Assembly (NCBI GenBank): GCA_964057225.1
Contig: OZ059898.1
Coordinates: 13,826,001-13,890,000, forward strand
Direction: 5' to 3'
From: Auanema rhodensis
Taxonomy: Eukaryota > Animalia > Nematoda
DNA: 64,000 nt
Shown here: piece by piece, positions 1-12,800 of the stretch
Layout of the letters: every line of letters starts with the position of its first letter
How positions within the stretch are numbered: position 1 is the first letter of the stretch
Translations under genes and position numbers: made by a program
Notes under the pieces: generated by a model
What the model was told of the DNA's origin: nothing
Databases searched by the model: none
What the model saw: the letters and a program-made list of their open reading frames with translations, nothing else

Positions 1-1194
1 AAAGCTCTGAAAACCCGCATGGCCGCTACCGCACTGAGAAATAACGCCGTAGTTAGGCGAGGAGGAGTACGTTTACGAGCCTTTAGCTCTAAAAATGAAT
101 TAACGAGCCAGAGTGGGCCAGGAGCATAATTACATCTAGCCTCCTGTGATAGAAATATATTATATATCTGTCGTATGATAACAAAGACCCACCAGAGCCA
201 AAAGTTTGCCTGATACGAAAATAAGAATTGAGCAATGGTTGACTACGACAAAGATTCCTCGTTCAATAAAATACTCTTTTCAACTTCGTATACCGCAGTC
301 GTAGTAGATTGAAATATATGCTGTCGACATGTTTGGTGAGTATGCTTCTTCAGGTTCGTGCTCGTGTCGCTGTTACCCGCCCAGCTATCAACCGTGTCAA
401 TGCTAGATCTCGCGTTATCGGTCAGCGTCGCACTGTTGTACAGGTTTGAATCAGACATTGAAAATTTAACTGTTTAATGCTTTAGCCCGCTGCCGTTATC
501 CGTCGTGGACGTGGACGTGGATTTGTTCAGCCGCGAACAACTGTTGTATATGAGGATGAATAGTATTGCTTTGTTTGATCACTGATCATTTATCTGTATT
601 AATTTAGCGTTTCTACCGCTCCAGTTCGACGTGCTCCTGTCATTGAGCGTGTTGTTGCTCCAGTTCAAGCTCGCCAGGTATAGTTCTAAAATTGATTTGA
701 TGACTAATTGTTCTATTTGTCACAGAGAGTTGTTGTTAGAAGACAAGCCCCAAGAAGAAACGTTGTTGTTCAACAACCCCGTAGAATTATTATTCAACCA
801 GCACAAAGAACTATTGTCAGACCTGCGGCCCGGAGAATTGTAGTTGCCCAACAACCACGTGTTATGGCTCAGCCACGTGTCGTCCAAAGAGTTCAGCAGA
901 GAACTATTCGTAGAGGCAGACCAGCTGTACAACAATCCCCAAGAGTGGAGTATGTTCAAAATGCTGGTCGTGGAAACTTCAGAAACAGAAGAAATAATAA
1001 TGAACGATTCCAAAAGAATGAACGTTTTCGCAGTGCTATAGGAAGGTCTCGTAATTACCAACAACAGGTATTGGGTTTTGTTTAGAATCGTTACTATATA
1101 TTTTGTTTAGATTGTTGACCGTTTCGAGCCAAGCACTAGCTTTATCTCTGGTCACGTTGTTCGCCGTGGTAGAGGATTCAATAATAACTACTGA
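1..1194 (+). CDS. Arg/Val/Gln-rich low-complexity protein with RG/RGG tracts, probably RNA/chromatin binding; multi-exon, 5' end probably outside the window
   Basis: GT-AG exons join in frame: 1-66 (KALKTRMAATALRNNAVVRRGG), 354-443 (VRARVAVTRPAINRVNARSRVIGQRRTVVQ), ~487-562, ~608-677, 726-1067 (ORF 708-1085) and 1111-1194 ending RRGRGFNNNY-TGA. No family recognised. Confidence 0.75.
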
Positions 1195-1257
1195 TCGCTG
1201 TAAGCATTAATCATGTATATTTTCTCACTTTATTCAATAATGGATCTTAATAAACTA

Positions 1258-3959
1258 TTAAATATTCACTGCGCCTAAACATGACACACTAGATGTTTCT
1301 TCCTTTAATGCTGTGATTAAATGATGGGGGCTTGGCGAATATCCTAGAATTGATTTCAGCAATAGGTTTGGTGGTAAGCCGCCTCCATGGGATTGAACCT
1401 ATAAAATGTTTCTTAAAAAATTCCTTCGTTACTATCCAACTTCTGCCCATCTTAGGCCATTTTTTCTGTTAAATGGATCTTGTCTGAAGATAGAGTTCCA
1501 TATCAGGTTTGCCGATGATCTAGCTACAAGATAGGCGTAATACTTCCCACCGTATTGAATCAGATGGTGAAACCTGTGATTACGAAATTATATGAGTCAC
1601 ATAAATATAATTAACTACCGATGTTGAAATGCTGTGTTTTTATCCCTTTCAATAAAAGGCAGTGCTGTGGCAAAAATATCATGGAACAGTTCAGTTGTGC
1701 TTCTTGATCCTTCTGAAATTTTTCTAGCTTCCGGTCCGTGAAGTTCTAGATCAAACAAAGCGTATAATGCCTACAGACAATCTACAACATTATTCTGGAA
1801 AAGTCAATATTAAACCTGTTGCACGGTTTCAATAGAAGTGAAAGCGAATCTAGAAGAGATCAGAGTAGCAGCATCTTGCAATGAAATTCCAGCACCAGTT
1901 TTATCTCTTAAGATAGTTTGCATTACCTTGAAAGCAAAAAATAGCATTATTCTAGCGAGCGCATAGGCATACATTAACATCGTTGAAGAAGTACTCCATG
2001 AGATTCGAGGGTATTTCAGAAAAATCTTGAGGACAACGGGTGCCTGCTACATGCTGATATTTTGTTCTACCTAACATACTGTGCATAGCATGACCTAATT
2101 CATGAAATAGGTTTTCTGCACTGTATGAAGACAATCCAATCTCGTTCCAATCATTAACGCTTCCATCTGTTAAGGAAAGAGAAAGTACGACAATCGGTGT
2201 TTGCCATAAGTTATTAGGCATCTGAAAACAATTGACAGGACAGTTGACCCATTTGAAAACAGTTGTACCTCTTTAGAACAACGGACAGTGTAATGGCAAT
2301 CACCAACTGCTTTTGTGGGTCGCCTCTCAATATCCATATATATGTGACCGAGTGGAGTATTCGTAGAGGAATCGATGGCTGCCTAGGAGAAAACAACAGG
2401 GTTACAGAAAAGACAAAGTAGCTTACAAATTTAAGAACATTAGGATGCCATAATTCGCCCGATAATGAATTTATGTTCTCCAGTCGAATACCATATAGTC
2501 GTTCGATCAAGTTACCAAAGCCTGCATATACATATATAATTATTTGTAAAAAAGAATTTGTTGAACCATTAAGCACATTTCCCAGTTTCAAAAATTTCCC
2601 GGCAGTATGTATGTGATTCCTACCGAAGGCTCTTTCCTTAACAGAAAAAATAAGAAATTAAAATCAAAAAGTTACTTTATATAGGCGAGATAAAAATCCT
2701 ATATCCCATTCAGCAACTCTGTGATGATCGGGATCACATTGTCCTAAAACATCTAAGAGAACAGTAACTTCTTTTTCGGCAGATGGTCGGCATGCCTAAA
2801 ATCCAGCCATATTGGCTTTAAAAACTTCAATTTTACAACCTCTATGACACCCCATAAAAATTCTTTAGCGTTATCGTATGAACCCATTAAAGTGTTATAT
2901 TGAGCCCTATGTGAGAATGTCTCGAACCCGGTTAATTGAGCTAGCTGATGTCTCTTAGCCACTAGAGTTCGTAATGCTTCTTCCTCAAAAAAACTGATAA
3001 TTTTTTCCACAATCATTACTTTACCTGATTATTATTGTGGTGATAGAACGACGTATAAACAAACTTTCTCGTATCTCGGTCAAAAGTGTCTGCTATTGGA
3101 CTTAACAGCTTATTGGAATTCAATCCGTACTTTCTTTTATCTGAGCTAGAAATATTAAGTTTCAAATGAAATGTATATGGTTCACACCCAGAAATTTCTA
3201 CTTCACGATCACAGCCCCATTGGTATTTAGCGCCAGCATCAAAAATCTCTTCTGATAGTTGTACAAATGTTTCTCTCTAAAACAACAATGTGCTCCTCTT
3301 CAAAATTAAAGAAATTTTAGAACTTCTTTATGTGGAAGATGGACACCAGATTGTTGAAAGTCATCTAAGAAAAGATCTAGAGTTCGTTTATCAACTTCAC
3401 CGAGGCGATCCAATTCCGTTTTGCCTGACATTTTCAATTTATCATACAATGCTGTATATGTATTGAGACTTAAAGTTGGAAGTATACTTCAAAGAGGGAA
3501 ATAAATGAAGGAACCTTTCGACTAATTGACAATAATCTCTAGCAGATTCTTCTGCTGCTTGAGTGAATTTCGGATCACTATGTAATTGTCTTACACATTC
3601 TGTCTTTAAAAGAAAAATAATTTTAGAAAAAATAATTCTGAATACCAAATCTGCTGCTTTACAAATTTCATTGGATAAATCATCTAAAAGCTGAACTGTT
3701 GTTCTATCTTCTGAACTATTCATAATCTTTTCAACTAAGACACCACATTTTTTTCGAACATCTTCATTCAATTTCTTAAAATCAGCAGGAACTTTTAAAT
3801 TGGGATTGCCAAATAAACCCTTAACAAGAGTAATTAACAGCCATGTTATAGTATATGAAATCATACCGTAGCAAGTTTATTTTTGTCACGGAAGCTATTA
3901 CTGAAAAAACTTCGATACCCCAGTAATCGAAGTTTACTTACCACTCGATAAGATTGCAT
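1258..3959 (-). CDS. MIPEP: Mitochondrial intermediate peptidase (peptidase M3A)
   Basis: [41 protein letters not shown] (HExxH, M3 signature) and [15 protein letters not shown]. Basic N-terminal presequence [20 protein letters not shown]. ttacag acceptor just upstream of ATG 3959; stop TAA at 1258. Confidence 0.9.
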
Positions 3960-4239
3960 CCAAATCTGTAACCACAATAATAATAAACATGTTTGACGGT
4001 AAAATTTAAAAACAAAGATCGGTTTTCAGCCACGAAGGAAATTTCAGCTTTGAATATTTTGTATATTTATTTCGATAAAAAACAATATGCAATACTAATA
4101 AATACCCGATAAGTGTATATTAAAGTGGATGTCACAAAACAATATCAAATGCCTACCGATTTTGTATTTTACAGAATTCAAGAAAGTAAAATGAAGTTTG
4201 GATTACCAAACATAGATAGAAGGTTTATTTTTCTTTACA

Positions 4240-5556
4240 TTACAAATTAAATGATACATCAGACATGCAGCCAAAATTAGGCAAGCCTGTTTTCTTTGAA
4301 GTCATGGGAACCGCATTCTTTTCGGAATTAAATAAATTTACTTTTTGAACGAGCTGAAATATTAGTAAAATAGAACAAAATAAAAAATTTCAAATTACTT
4401 GTCCAAGTACACCACACATTTCCGTCATTTTTGACAAAATAACAGCTCCATACACATCACTTTCTTGCTATAATAACTGATTATCATAACAAAGTTATAA
4501 TACAATATTACCGTTTCGAATGCTGGATTGTAATCTTCAGGCTCTAATCTTACAACTAACTGACAAAGTTTATTAGCCTCACGAACAATATTTTCATTGA
4601 ACGGAAGTTCTCCACTATGAACTAAACTTAAATACTGATGTATCATCTGAAGGATCATTCATATACAACGATTAAAAATGGTGATCTAACCTGAACGCGA
4701 GATACTAGCATTGATACTGCAGAATTATTGGATCTGATTTGTTTTGCAGCTTCTGATTCTTTACTTGATAATCCTGATTTAGTTGATAGCCTAAGTTTTT
4801 TTTTGATGTATGGAGAAAGAATATTTTTAAAACCTAGTGATATGATCAATTCCAATTCTTTCGCTTTCCTCGGACACTAAAATCCAGGTTATTGGGTGGA
4901 AAGATTGCTCACTACCTGAGCTTTCCCATAAACTTATGGGTAACTGTTAAAATGTTTATTATGTTTAATTAAACAGGAGAAAAATACTCTGGTAGAGCAA
5001 GTGGCTGCTTGAGGATCCAACTTTAAAAATATTGGAGATTCAACGTTATCTGAGAACTTAGTTTGAATGAGGTAATCATTTTCAGTAACAGTTAAATCTC
5101 CAGTTCCATACCATCCAATCAAGTCCATTTCAGGAAACACTTCTTTAACTATAATAAATAAAAATGTTCGAAATAAGTTAAGAGAATTATAACATTGGGC
5201 ATCTCTTTGATTAAGATATTCTTTGTTCAACATGTGAAAACCATCTTGTTCAAAAGAGCGTAGTTCATAACTGTTGATGATTTCCAGGAATCTACCTTCA
5301 TGCTTTCCCAGAAGTGCACCAAAAACCTAAATTTACAATTCAGTAATTTAAGATCAATCAATTACTCACTGGTTTTCCAAGCTTATCCTCAGATTGAGCC
5401 TTAGTCCTTGTCCAATGGTCACTGATATTGAGAATCACTAATGGATGAAGTTTCGCTTCTTCGCCCTGATTTAGAAAATACTTTACTTACTAACTGGAAA
5501 TGACTTACCCTTGCAGTCTTGTTTGTCTGAACAGTAACTTCATATGAAGAAAACAT
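4240..5556 (-). CDS. csn-6: COP9 signalosome subunit 6 (MPN domain)
   Basis: Exons give LHPLVILNISDHWTRTKAQ, FGALLGKHEGRFLEIINSYEL, EVFPEMDLIGWYGTG, ESPIFLKLDP and NSAVSMLVSRV, the CSN6-type MPN pattern. Confidence 0.88.
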
Positions 5557-5700
5557 TTTATACATAAAAATATAATACTAATTAGATTCTTCTATGAACC
5601 AAAATGAAGCTGCTATTCATTAAATTTTTGTTGAAACGACAGGTTGCGTACTAAACTTGTAAGAAGTCTGAAAATAAATAGATGGTAATCCAAACTTATT

Positions 5701-6808
5701 ATGCTTAAAATTGGAAGTATGGTTAGGGCATTTTCGTCAACATTGAACCCTCTAGGTAAATAAATTTTAATTTTATCTATCTTGTCGTAGTTCGAACTAA
5801 GATACAAGATAATATTATGCTCATATCCATTAATCGACCGGAGAAACATAATGCCGTAAATCATGAAACTGCCTTACAACTAATCAAAGCTTTTGAATAT
5901 TTTAGCGAAAATCCGGATGTGAAAATTGCTGTATTATATGGTGAAGGTATAGATATACGTACCGACTTTTTTTTAATTAGACTTGTGTTTGAGGATCAAA
6001 CTTCTGTTCTGGATATGATTTAAAGTCAGTATCTGAGGGCGATGTAAAAGTTGAATCTGGATTTCTTCCTAAGTACCGGTACATGGTATGAAAAAAAAGA
6101 TATAAAGTAATTGTAACTTTGTTGCCTAGGGTCCTACAGCAATGAAATTGAAAAAACCCGTAATTGCTGCAATTGAAGGATATGCTGTTGCTGGTGGCTT
6201 GGAGTTATCCCTCATGGGTTCATAAAATCTGAAGTATTGAAAAAATAGAGTTTTATAGCGGATATGAGAATTGCCTCTGAAACAGCCTGTTTTGGTGTAT
6301 TCTGTAGGCGAGTAGGGGTTCCTTTGATTGATGGTGGAACCGTGCGTTTACCTCAAATCATCGGTCAAGGAAGGTTTGGGATTGCTTTAAAAAATTCAAT
6401 AAAAAATTCACTTAGAGCTTTGGATATGATCTTAACTGGTCGATCTGTTAGTGCGAATGAAGCTTTAAATTGGGGCTTAGTTAATAGAGTTGTGCCCAAT
6501 GGTGAAGGTTTTATAAGTTTTATTTTATTCCTTCAAGGATAATATTTGATTTAAGCTGTAAAATATGCTGTTAAATTAGCCTCCGAAATAAGTTCTCACC
6601 CCTATGATTGTTTGTTACGCGACAGAGCTTCTGTTTACTATTCACTTGATCACGGCTTTGACTCAGCCATGGAAAACGAGTTAGAAAGTACAGTGGTCTT
6701 AGAGCAAGCTGTGAAAGGTAAACTATCTTGTTTTTCAGTTTTATTTGAATGATTGCAGAAGCTCAAAAATTCATGAATAAGCAGATAAAACCACCTTCTA
6801 AACTATAA
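5701..6808 (+). CDS. ech-3: Enoyl-CoA hydratase/crotonase family protein
   Basis: INRPEKHNAVN, NFCSGYDL, KKPVIAAIEGYAVAGGLEL, FGVFCRRVGVPLIDGGTVRLPQIIG and ALDMILTGR; ends PPSKL-TAA. Confidence 0.85.
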
Positions 6809-6940
6809 AGATAATATTTATTGACTTTATTTATTACAAGTATGATCATTGTGAAATATTATATAGATCTTAAATTGGAAATAAAAAATATGTATAGAAA
6901 ATAATGAATTCTGATACATATGTTTAAAACTTTGTTTGCT

Positions 6941-9255
6941 TTATAAATGAGGGGTATATCCACTAGTACGGGGAAACATATAATAAGACGACCTAAACAG
7001 AATATAATGAGTTTCAAAAGGTATTTATAAAATGATACCTATCTGTATATCCGATTCCTTGTCTGCCAATCATGTAACGAGACGCTCGAGGATTGAAAAC
7101 CTTTTCTCCTCTATGACTGTACATATGACTGGCTAAATGTCTACTTTCGGAATAACTTTTACCGCAATATTCGCAGATGTATGGCTTAGTGCGAACATCG
7201 CTATAAACCTAAATAGCTCATTCAATGTAAATATTTAAAGTACTTTTAATCAGTCTTACTTTCATTGGATGTTTTGGTTCAAAGCCTTTCTCTGCGAATT
7301 CAGGAATAGGTAAGTCTGCTAACGTTACCGGAAGCGTAGAAGTAGAAGGTGCATTGAATATAGGTTGAGCTAGTTGCTATAACAATTTGAAATATTATAA
7401 TAAAAAGTGAGTAGAGCATTATAAAAACCTTTTCCTTATCTGCTTGTATGTCTTCAGGGTGTTTATGATACAACATTTCCGTATATGAATAGAAGCTTCT
7501 ACCACATTCACATTTATATCCACTGACATCTGTAAGTGTTATCTTATGTCTTATTTCTGTAATTTGCTAAACTCACTTCCGTGTTGTGTAGTGTGATACT
7601 CCAACTGACACGAAAACTCGAATGATTCTCCGCATTTGCCACATACATATGGCTGTAACACATATTATATCAACTAGCATGTGCTTACAATTTAGTTTTA
7701 TAGATGTTTTATTGTATTCATTAGTTAAATGAGAAGAGCAAACCTGAACTACGTTGTGTACTCGCTCATGAGCTCGCAATGTATTCATATAGTTAAAAGT
7801 AAGACCACAGAATCTACATTTATAATAGACAAATCCATTTTCATCTTTTTCCACACAAGATTTAGAATCTTCATCAAATGCTTCCCCTTGCTGAAAAAAA
7901 TAATTTCTGTAAATTAATACTAAATCATTGTATTCTTTCGACTTGTTCCTTAATTGCTTGTTTAACCTATGTTATGTGAAAGGGATAAAACGTAAATATA
8001 ATGATAATAAATATAAAATATTTGCTTTCACATCGATGTTGAAACTTCATCATGTGTTCCTAAGTCTTTTGCGTGGGATGCTTGAAGATTCGGAGCTATT
8101 TATTGATCTAATCGAAGGATCACACGGTGAGAAAACTAATAGTTTAGAGCTTTAAGAGTTAAAAATATTTTATATAATTATCTATAAAAGAAAAAATCTA
8201 TTTCATTACTAGCATATGCTTTTCTATTTTGTTAGTAAAGAAGAAATTCATTAAAATAATAATTTTCTTTTTGTTATGCCACAAAAAACATAAAGCAGAA
8301 ACATTTAATTATGATTAATTATATACAATTTGATCGGTGATGAGATGAAATACACAATTCAATAAAAATCAGTTTATCATAATTTTGATTTATAAATTGG
8401 ACAAGTAGTTCGAAGACAGAAGATGATCAACAAGAAGCCGAATGATCTCTACCGATAAACGCTATGGAACACGAAACCTCGACAACTGGCTATAAATGGA
8501 CAGGTAACATGCACAGACACAATCATGCATTTCAACATTATTTTTTATATATTTTTAAAGATATTTCTTTCTAAGTTTATAGTAACATATCCCGATATTT
8601 CAAAAACGTGGCATGGAAACTTTGAACAGTATCTCAGAAGAAAAAATAATCTTTTTTTCCGTGAAATGCTCAGGAAAGTTTTTGACAAAAGAAAGAGGCA
8701 GAAGAAATGAAAAGCTTTAACCGCAAATAAACAAACGAACCAGATTATCCATTGCTTGTGGTTCTTTCACTTTTAATGTTTTCTTAGGAGATTCAACAGA
8801 AACAGGTACATTAAGGTCCAAGCGTGTTGTATCTGACATCTGAATATCATGTTTTTATTTGGAAAGAAGCATAACAATTTTTTACTTCATTTTCATTACC
8901 AACAGCATCATTATCAGCTATGCTACCCTCTGTCTCATATCGCTCAATAGCCTGAAAATCGATGTATGCAAGAAGATTTTTACACTAAGAAAAAGTTGCT
9001 ATGATTCAGTTACTTACAGTTCCATTTTTTGCAGCTTCTTTAGCTAAATTGCAAGCTGCCATTAAGTCCTCGAAATCATCATCTCGAGCTTTTTTAGTCT
9101 AGAATCTCCCTCGTTTTAATCAATAATTGAAGTAAACGTTTAAAACAATACACTACTTCAGCAAAAAGCGCATATGTAAGTCAATAGTTGAGATAAATAA
9201 CAAGTAAATTCTATATATTTTCATCATTAAAACTTACTTCTGAAAAGGAATCCAT
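6941..9255 (-). CDS. C2H2 zinc-finger protein; 5' exon structure uncertain
   Basis: Fingers YKCRFCGLTFNYMNTLRAHERVH, YVCGKCGESFEFSCQLEYHTTQH, YKCECGRSFYSYTEMLYHKH and YICEYCGKSYSESRHLASHMYSH. Stop at 6941. Upstream exons at ~8750-9255 (MDSFSE|TKKARDDDFEDL...) probably belong to it, but the join across 8150-8750 is ambiguous. Confidence 0.75.
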
Positions 9256-9810
9256 TAAATACAGATTATTTGACTAGATTAGTTAGAAAGGAGAAAGAGG
9301 AGAGAAACAAGAATTCGGCTGATCCGTTCTCGTTGTAATGTCTCCTTTCCCAATTGACATTCGGGAGAGGCTGTTCCAAGACCCGCCTCCTAGCTTTTGG
9401 CACTCCGAAATCTCATAGGTTCCCGAAATTGTTCCAGTAATTATGAACTTATTCTACATTTTGCATGAAATAAACGATAATATTTATTATGACCAACTGT
9501 AGAATGATATGTTTTCATAATCATGGTGATACATACATAGTTTAACATAAGTAGTTTAGCACCTGTGGATCTTTGTAATAGTTGTGTTCAACAACAATAT
9601 TTGATCATTGAATATTGAAAATTTATTGAATGGATCGAGGACAGGTACAAGCCATTACAGAAAAAAATGACGGCGAAATGAGGTTGAGTGAAATTAGAAA
9701 AGCATTATGAGATCGTTAACAATATACATTTTTAAATATTTAAATATTAACCAGTAATAAGTATAGTGAATTATGCACAAAACATGTTAATTATCATTAT
9801 AATAAAAAAG

Positions 9811-12800
9811 TTAGTCATCTTCAGAATCGGAAAACCTGACCGTTTTCGGCTTTTTTGTCGGAACTCTAGATTTTGATTTGAGAGCTCTTTTTGGTGTATT
9901 TCGAGCTTTCTATAAAAATAGATTAACATACGTAGCTGTCAGCTGTTCGTGAAAACTATGGCTATGGTTTGAAATATAATATTCAAAAATTAAGGAAGAA
10001 CATAATTAAAACTCACTTTAGTTCTCTCCATGTCTTCCGGCCGCTGTCCTTGTTCATGTATACATCTCAGTTGTTTCTCAAAATCTTCCGCATCATGCTG
10101 AAAAGATTTTTCACATACCCTATTAGTATATGTTTGAAAAATTTACCTTAACATCAATACTCTTAGTGGCTTTAATAATTGGTTGAAGACATGTAAGGAA
10201 ATCATTAAGGATTTGTTTATCTTTTAAAAACATAGCATAATGAGGTAAGCAATCCCTCATCTAAAAAATTCTATTATTGGAATAATAAATGCTTAACAAA
10301 CCTTATACAATGATTTGTCATTTAGAACTACTTTAGAAACACAGAATGAGAAGTAATACGGAAGATGTTTATTCTGGGCTAGTCCTTCATTACTCAAATA
10401 AAAATATTTAACTCGAGAAAAAAGTTTCAAAGGTACTTACGTTTTAGCGTAATCGAAACGTTGACAAAGCTTTTCAATCAAAGTTTCAGGATGCTTATCT
10501 TTGACCATATCCATTAATTGACTAATATAAATGAACATCACGAAAACACAAAAGCTAAACAATACCCCATAATTTCTTTGAACTCATTAAGATTTATTTC
10601 ATGATTATTGCGAGAAAGTCTCGAGATGAAATCGGGCATCATATTGTATACATAACTTCCCTAAAACAAAATAAATCATCACCGTTTAACATCATATATA
10701 TAAGTACCTTTTTATTCAAAGACACGAAGAACTCTCTTGTGAGATCCCGAATAACTGGTGAATCATCCAAATAACACCTAAAGAGATTGTTAATTAATTA
10801 TCATCAGGTTAGCATACCTAGCAACATCGGCAAGACTTCCTCTCATTTTTAACATTTGATTTTTGGTTATATGAGACAATACAAGGATAGCAGTTTCTCG
10901 AACAGCAGTATTTTTATCAGTTGTCCTATAGACAGGTAAAGTAGTTGTGAAATAAGTAATAAGCTCACATTGAGAAAAGATCACCAGCAAACTTCTCTAC
11001 CATATTCGGTGAACGAAAAACTAAATCACCAGCTGCCACCATAAGATTATTACGCAGAGTTGGCCATTCAGAATTGTTAAGACACGAGAAAAATACTTTC
11101 GCACCTTTTTCACTTAGATCACGGCTAAAACTCAAGGTTAACAGGATAGAAATGAAAATGGTTTCGAACCTGGCAAGCATGAACTTCGAGAAAGCCAATG
11201 CAGCCGCATTTCGAACAGCAGGAGGGCTGCTTTCAGCACGCAAGCAATACACTACGTATGGAAGAAGACGAGATAGAAGTCTACCATTTCTCCAAACTCT
11301 GTATTCAAGAATTTTGTCACTTCTCATGCGAACACGCTCTTCATCAGTAGTTCCTGCGATAATAATAAGAAATTTAAATTCAACAGCAAAATGAAGACTT
11401 ACCGGACCCTTCAATTTTATCACATGAAAAATCAAAAAGACCTCTTCGGGAAGCACAACGATGCTCAAAATCTTTTAATGGACGTTCAGGAGGAGCAGCT
11501 GCACTTATATCTCCCTGAATGAAAAAATATAAAATTCACTTTCCAAATAAAAATACCGATCGATATCTATGTATGATAGATGCTAATCTTCGAGCTTCTC
11601 GATAGAATGTAATATCAGTGAAAATCATGCAACGGAAGGCAATCTTAAGAAATTGAAGAAAATAGAAAATTAAACGCCTGAGTATGAGTTTACCTCCCCA
11701 CACATAGAAAGAACTCGTTCTGTTGTTAAAGTAAACATTCTCTTGTAATGATTTCTAAAGCATCTGATGTTAAGAAAAACAAATTGAGCATACTTAAGTT
11801 CTTCGATACGATTCAACTTTATTGGATCGGTTTCTTCAGTAGCAGCATTCTCATAAAACAGAACCCATTCAGACAGTCTCTTATTATACCACATTGCCTG
11901 ATACATTATTTGAATATTAAGTTAAAATTGTATAGATACCTTAGCCATGACCTTTCCTACAATTGCGGAAGTATCTTTGGCCATATTAAAGTATATCCGA
12001 ACACAACTATGCATTACTTTAAACCATTCCGTATTAGCACTAACTCTTAGAAGTTCTAAATGATATAATAAGTACAAATACAAAAGATATTAGACTTGCC
12101 ATAATTCAAGAAAGTTTCTAATGTTGAAAACAAGGAATCGGTGGCTGGTATCCTGAAGGCTTCACTGTCATCGTCAGATCTCTATAATAAACTCAGCTAA
12201 TACAACTGAATGATATATTCACCTCAGATCCTAAATTAGCTATAGCTAAAAGGCATTCAGATCTAACTTCAGAATCCATTTCAGGATCTCGTATAACAGC
12301 TTGAAAGTTTCGTAAGCGTTTTCGCAACTCGTTTTTTCCAGCTCTATAAGATGGAGGAATAATGGTTTTAAAAGAAATCAAACCTAGTCAAGATTGCCAA
12401 TAAGCGCATTGGTACCAGCTTCTTCTTCCCTTGGGCTCTATTAAATTCCTAAATTAGGAAAATAATGATTTCGTTTCGATCAATAAATATTTACATCCCA
12501 AATTTTATCGTAGATGGGAGCAGTTAAGCTACCTTGAGCCAGCAAAGAGAGTACTTCTTCAACACATCCTCGTTCTTCCTAAACAAATTCCGTTATGAAC
12601 CTTAAATAAAATTCGCAAACTTCTTGCATTCCTTCTACTACTCGCAGCAAATTCTCAGCAGTTGAAACCTGTTGAATTTCCTTATTTCTGTAGACACATA
12701 TAGTATATGACAAAAGTATTTACAACAAACTTATTAACACTAATAAACATTCTAGAAGCAGCATCCACTACTTCTTTAGTAATTTCATTGTTTTGTCTCC

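Noticed and set aside
5701-6808. Recent horizontal transfer of a bacterial-type crotonase
   Set aside because: The gene has many host-type introns, and the family already has a nematode member (ech-3).
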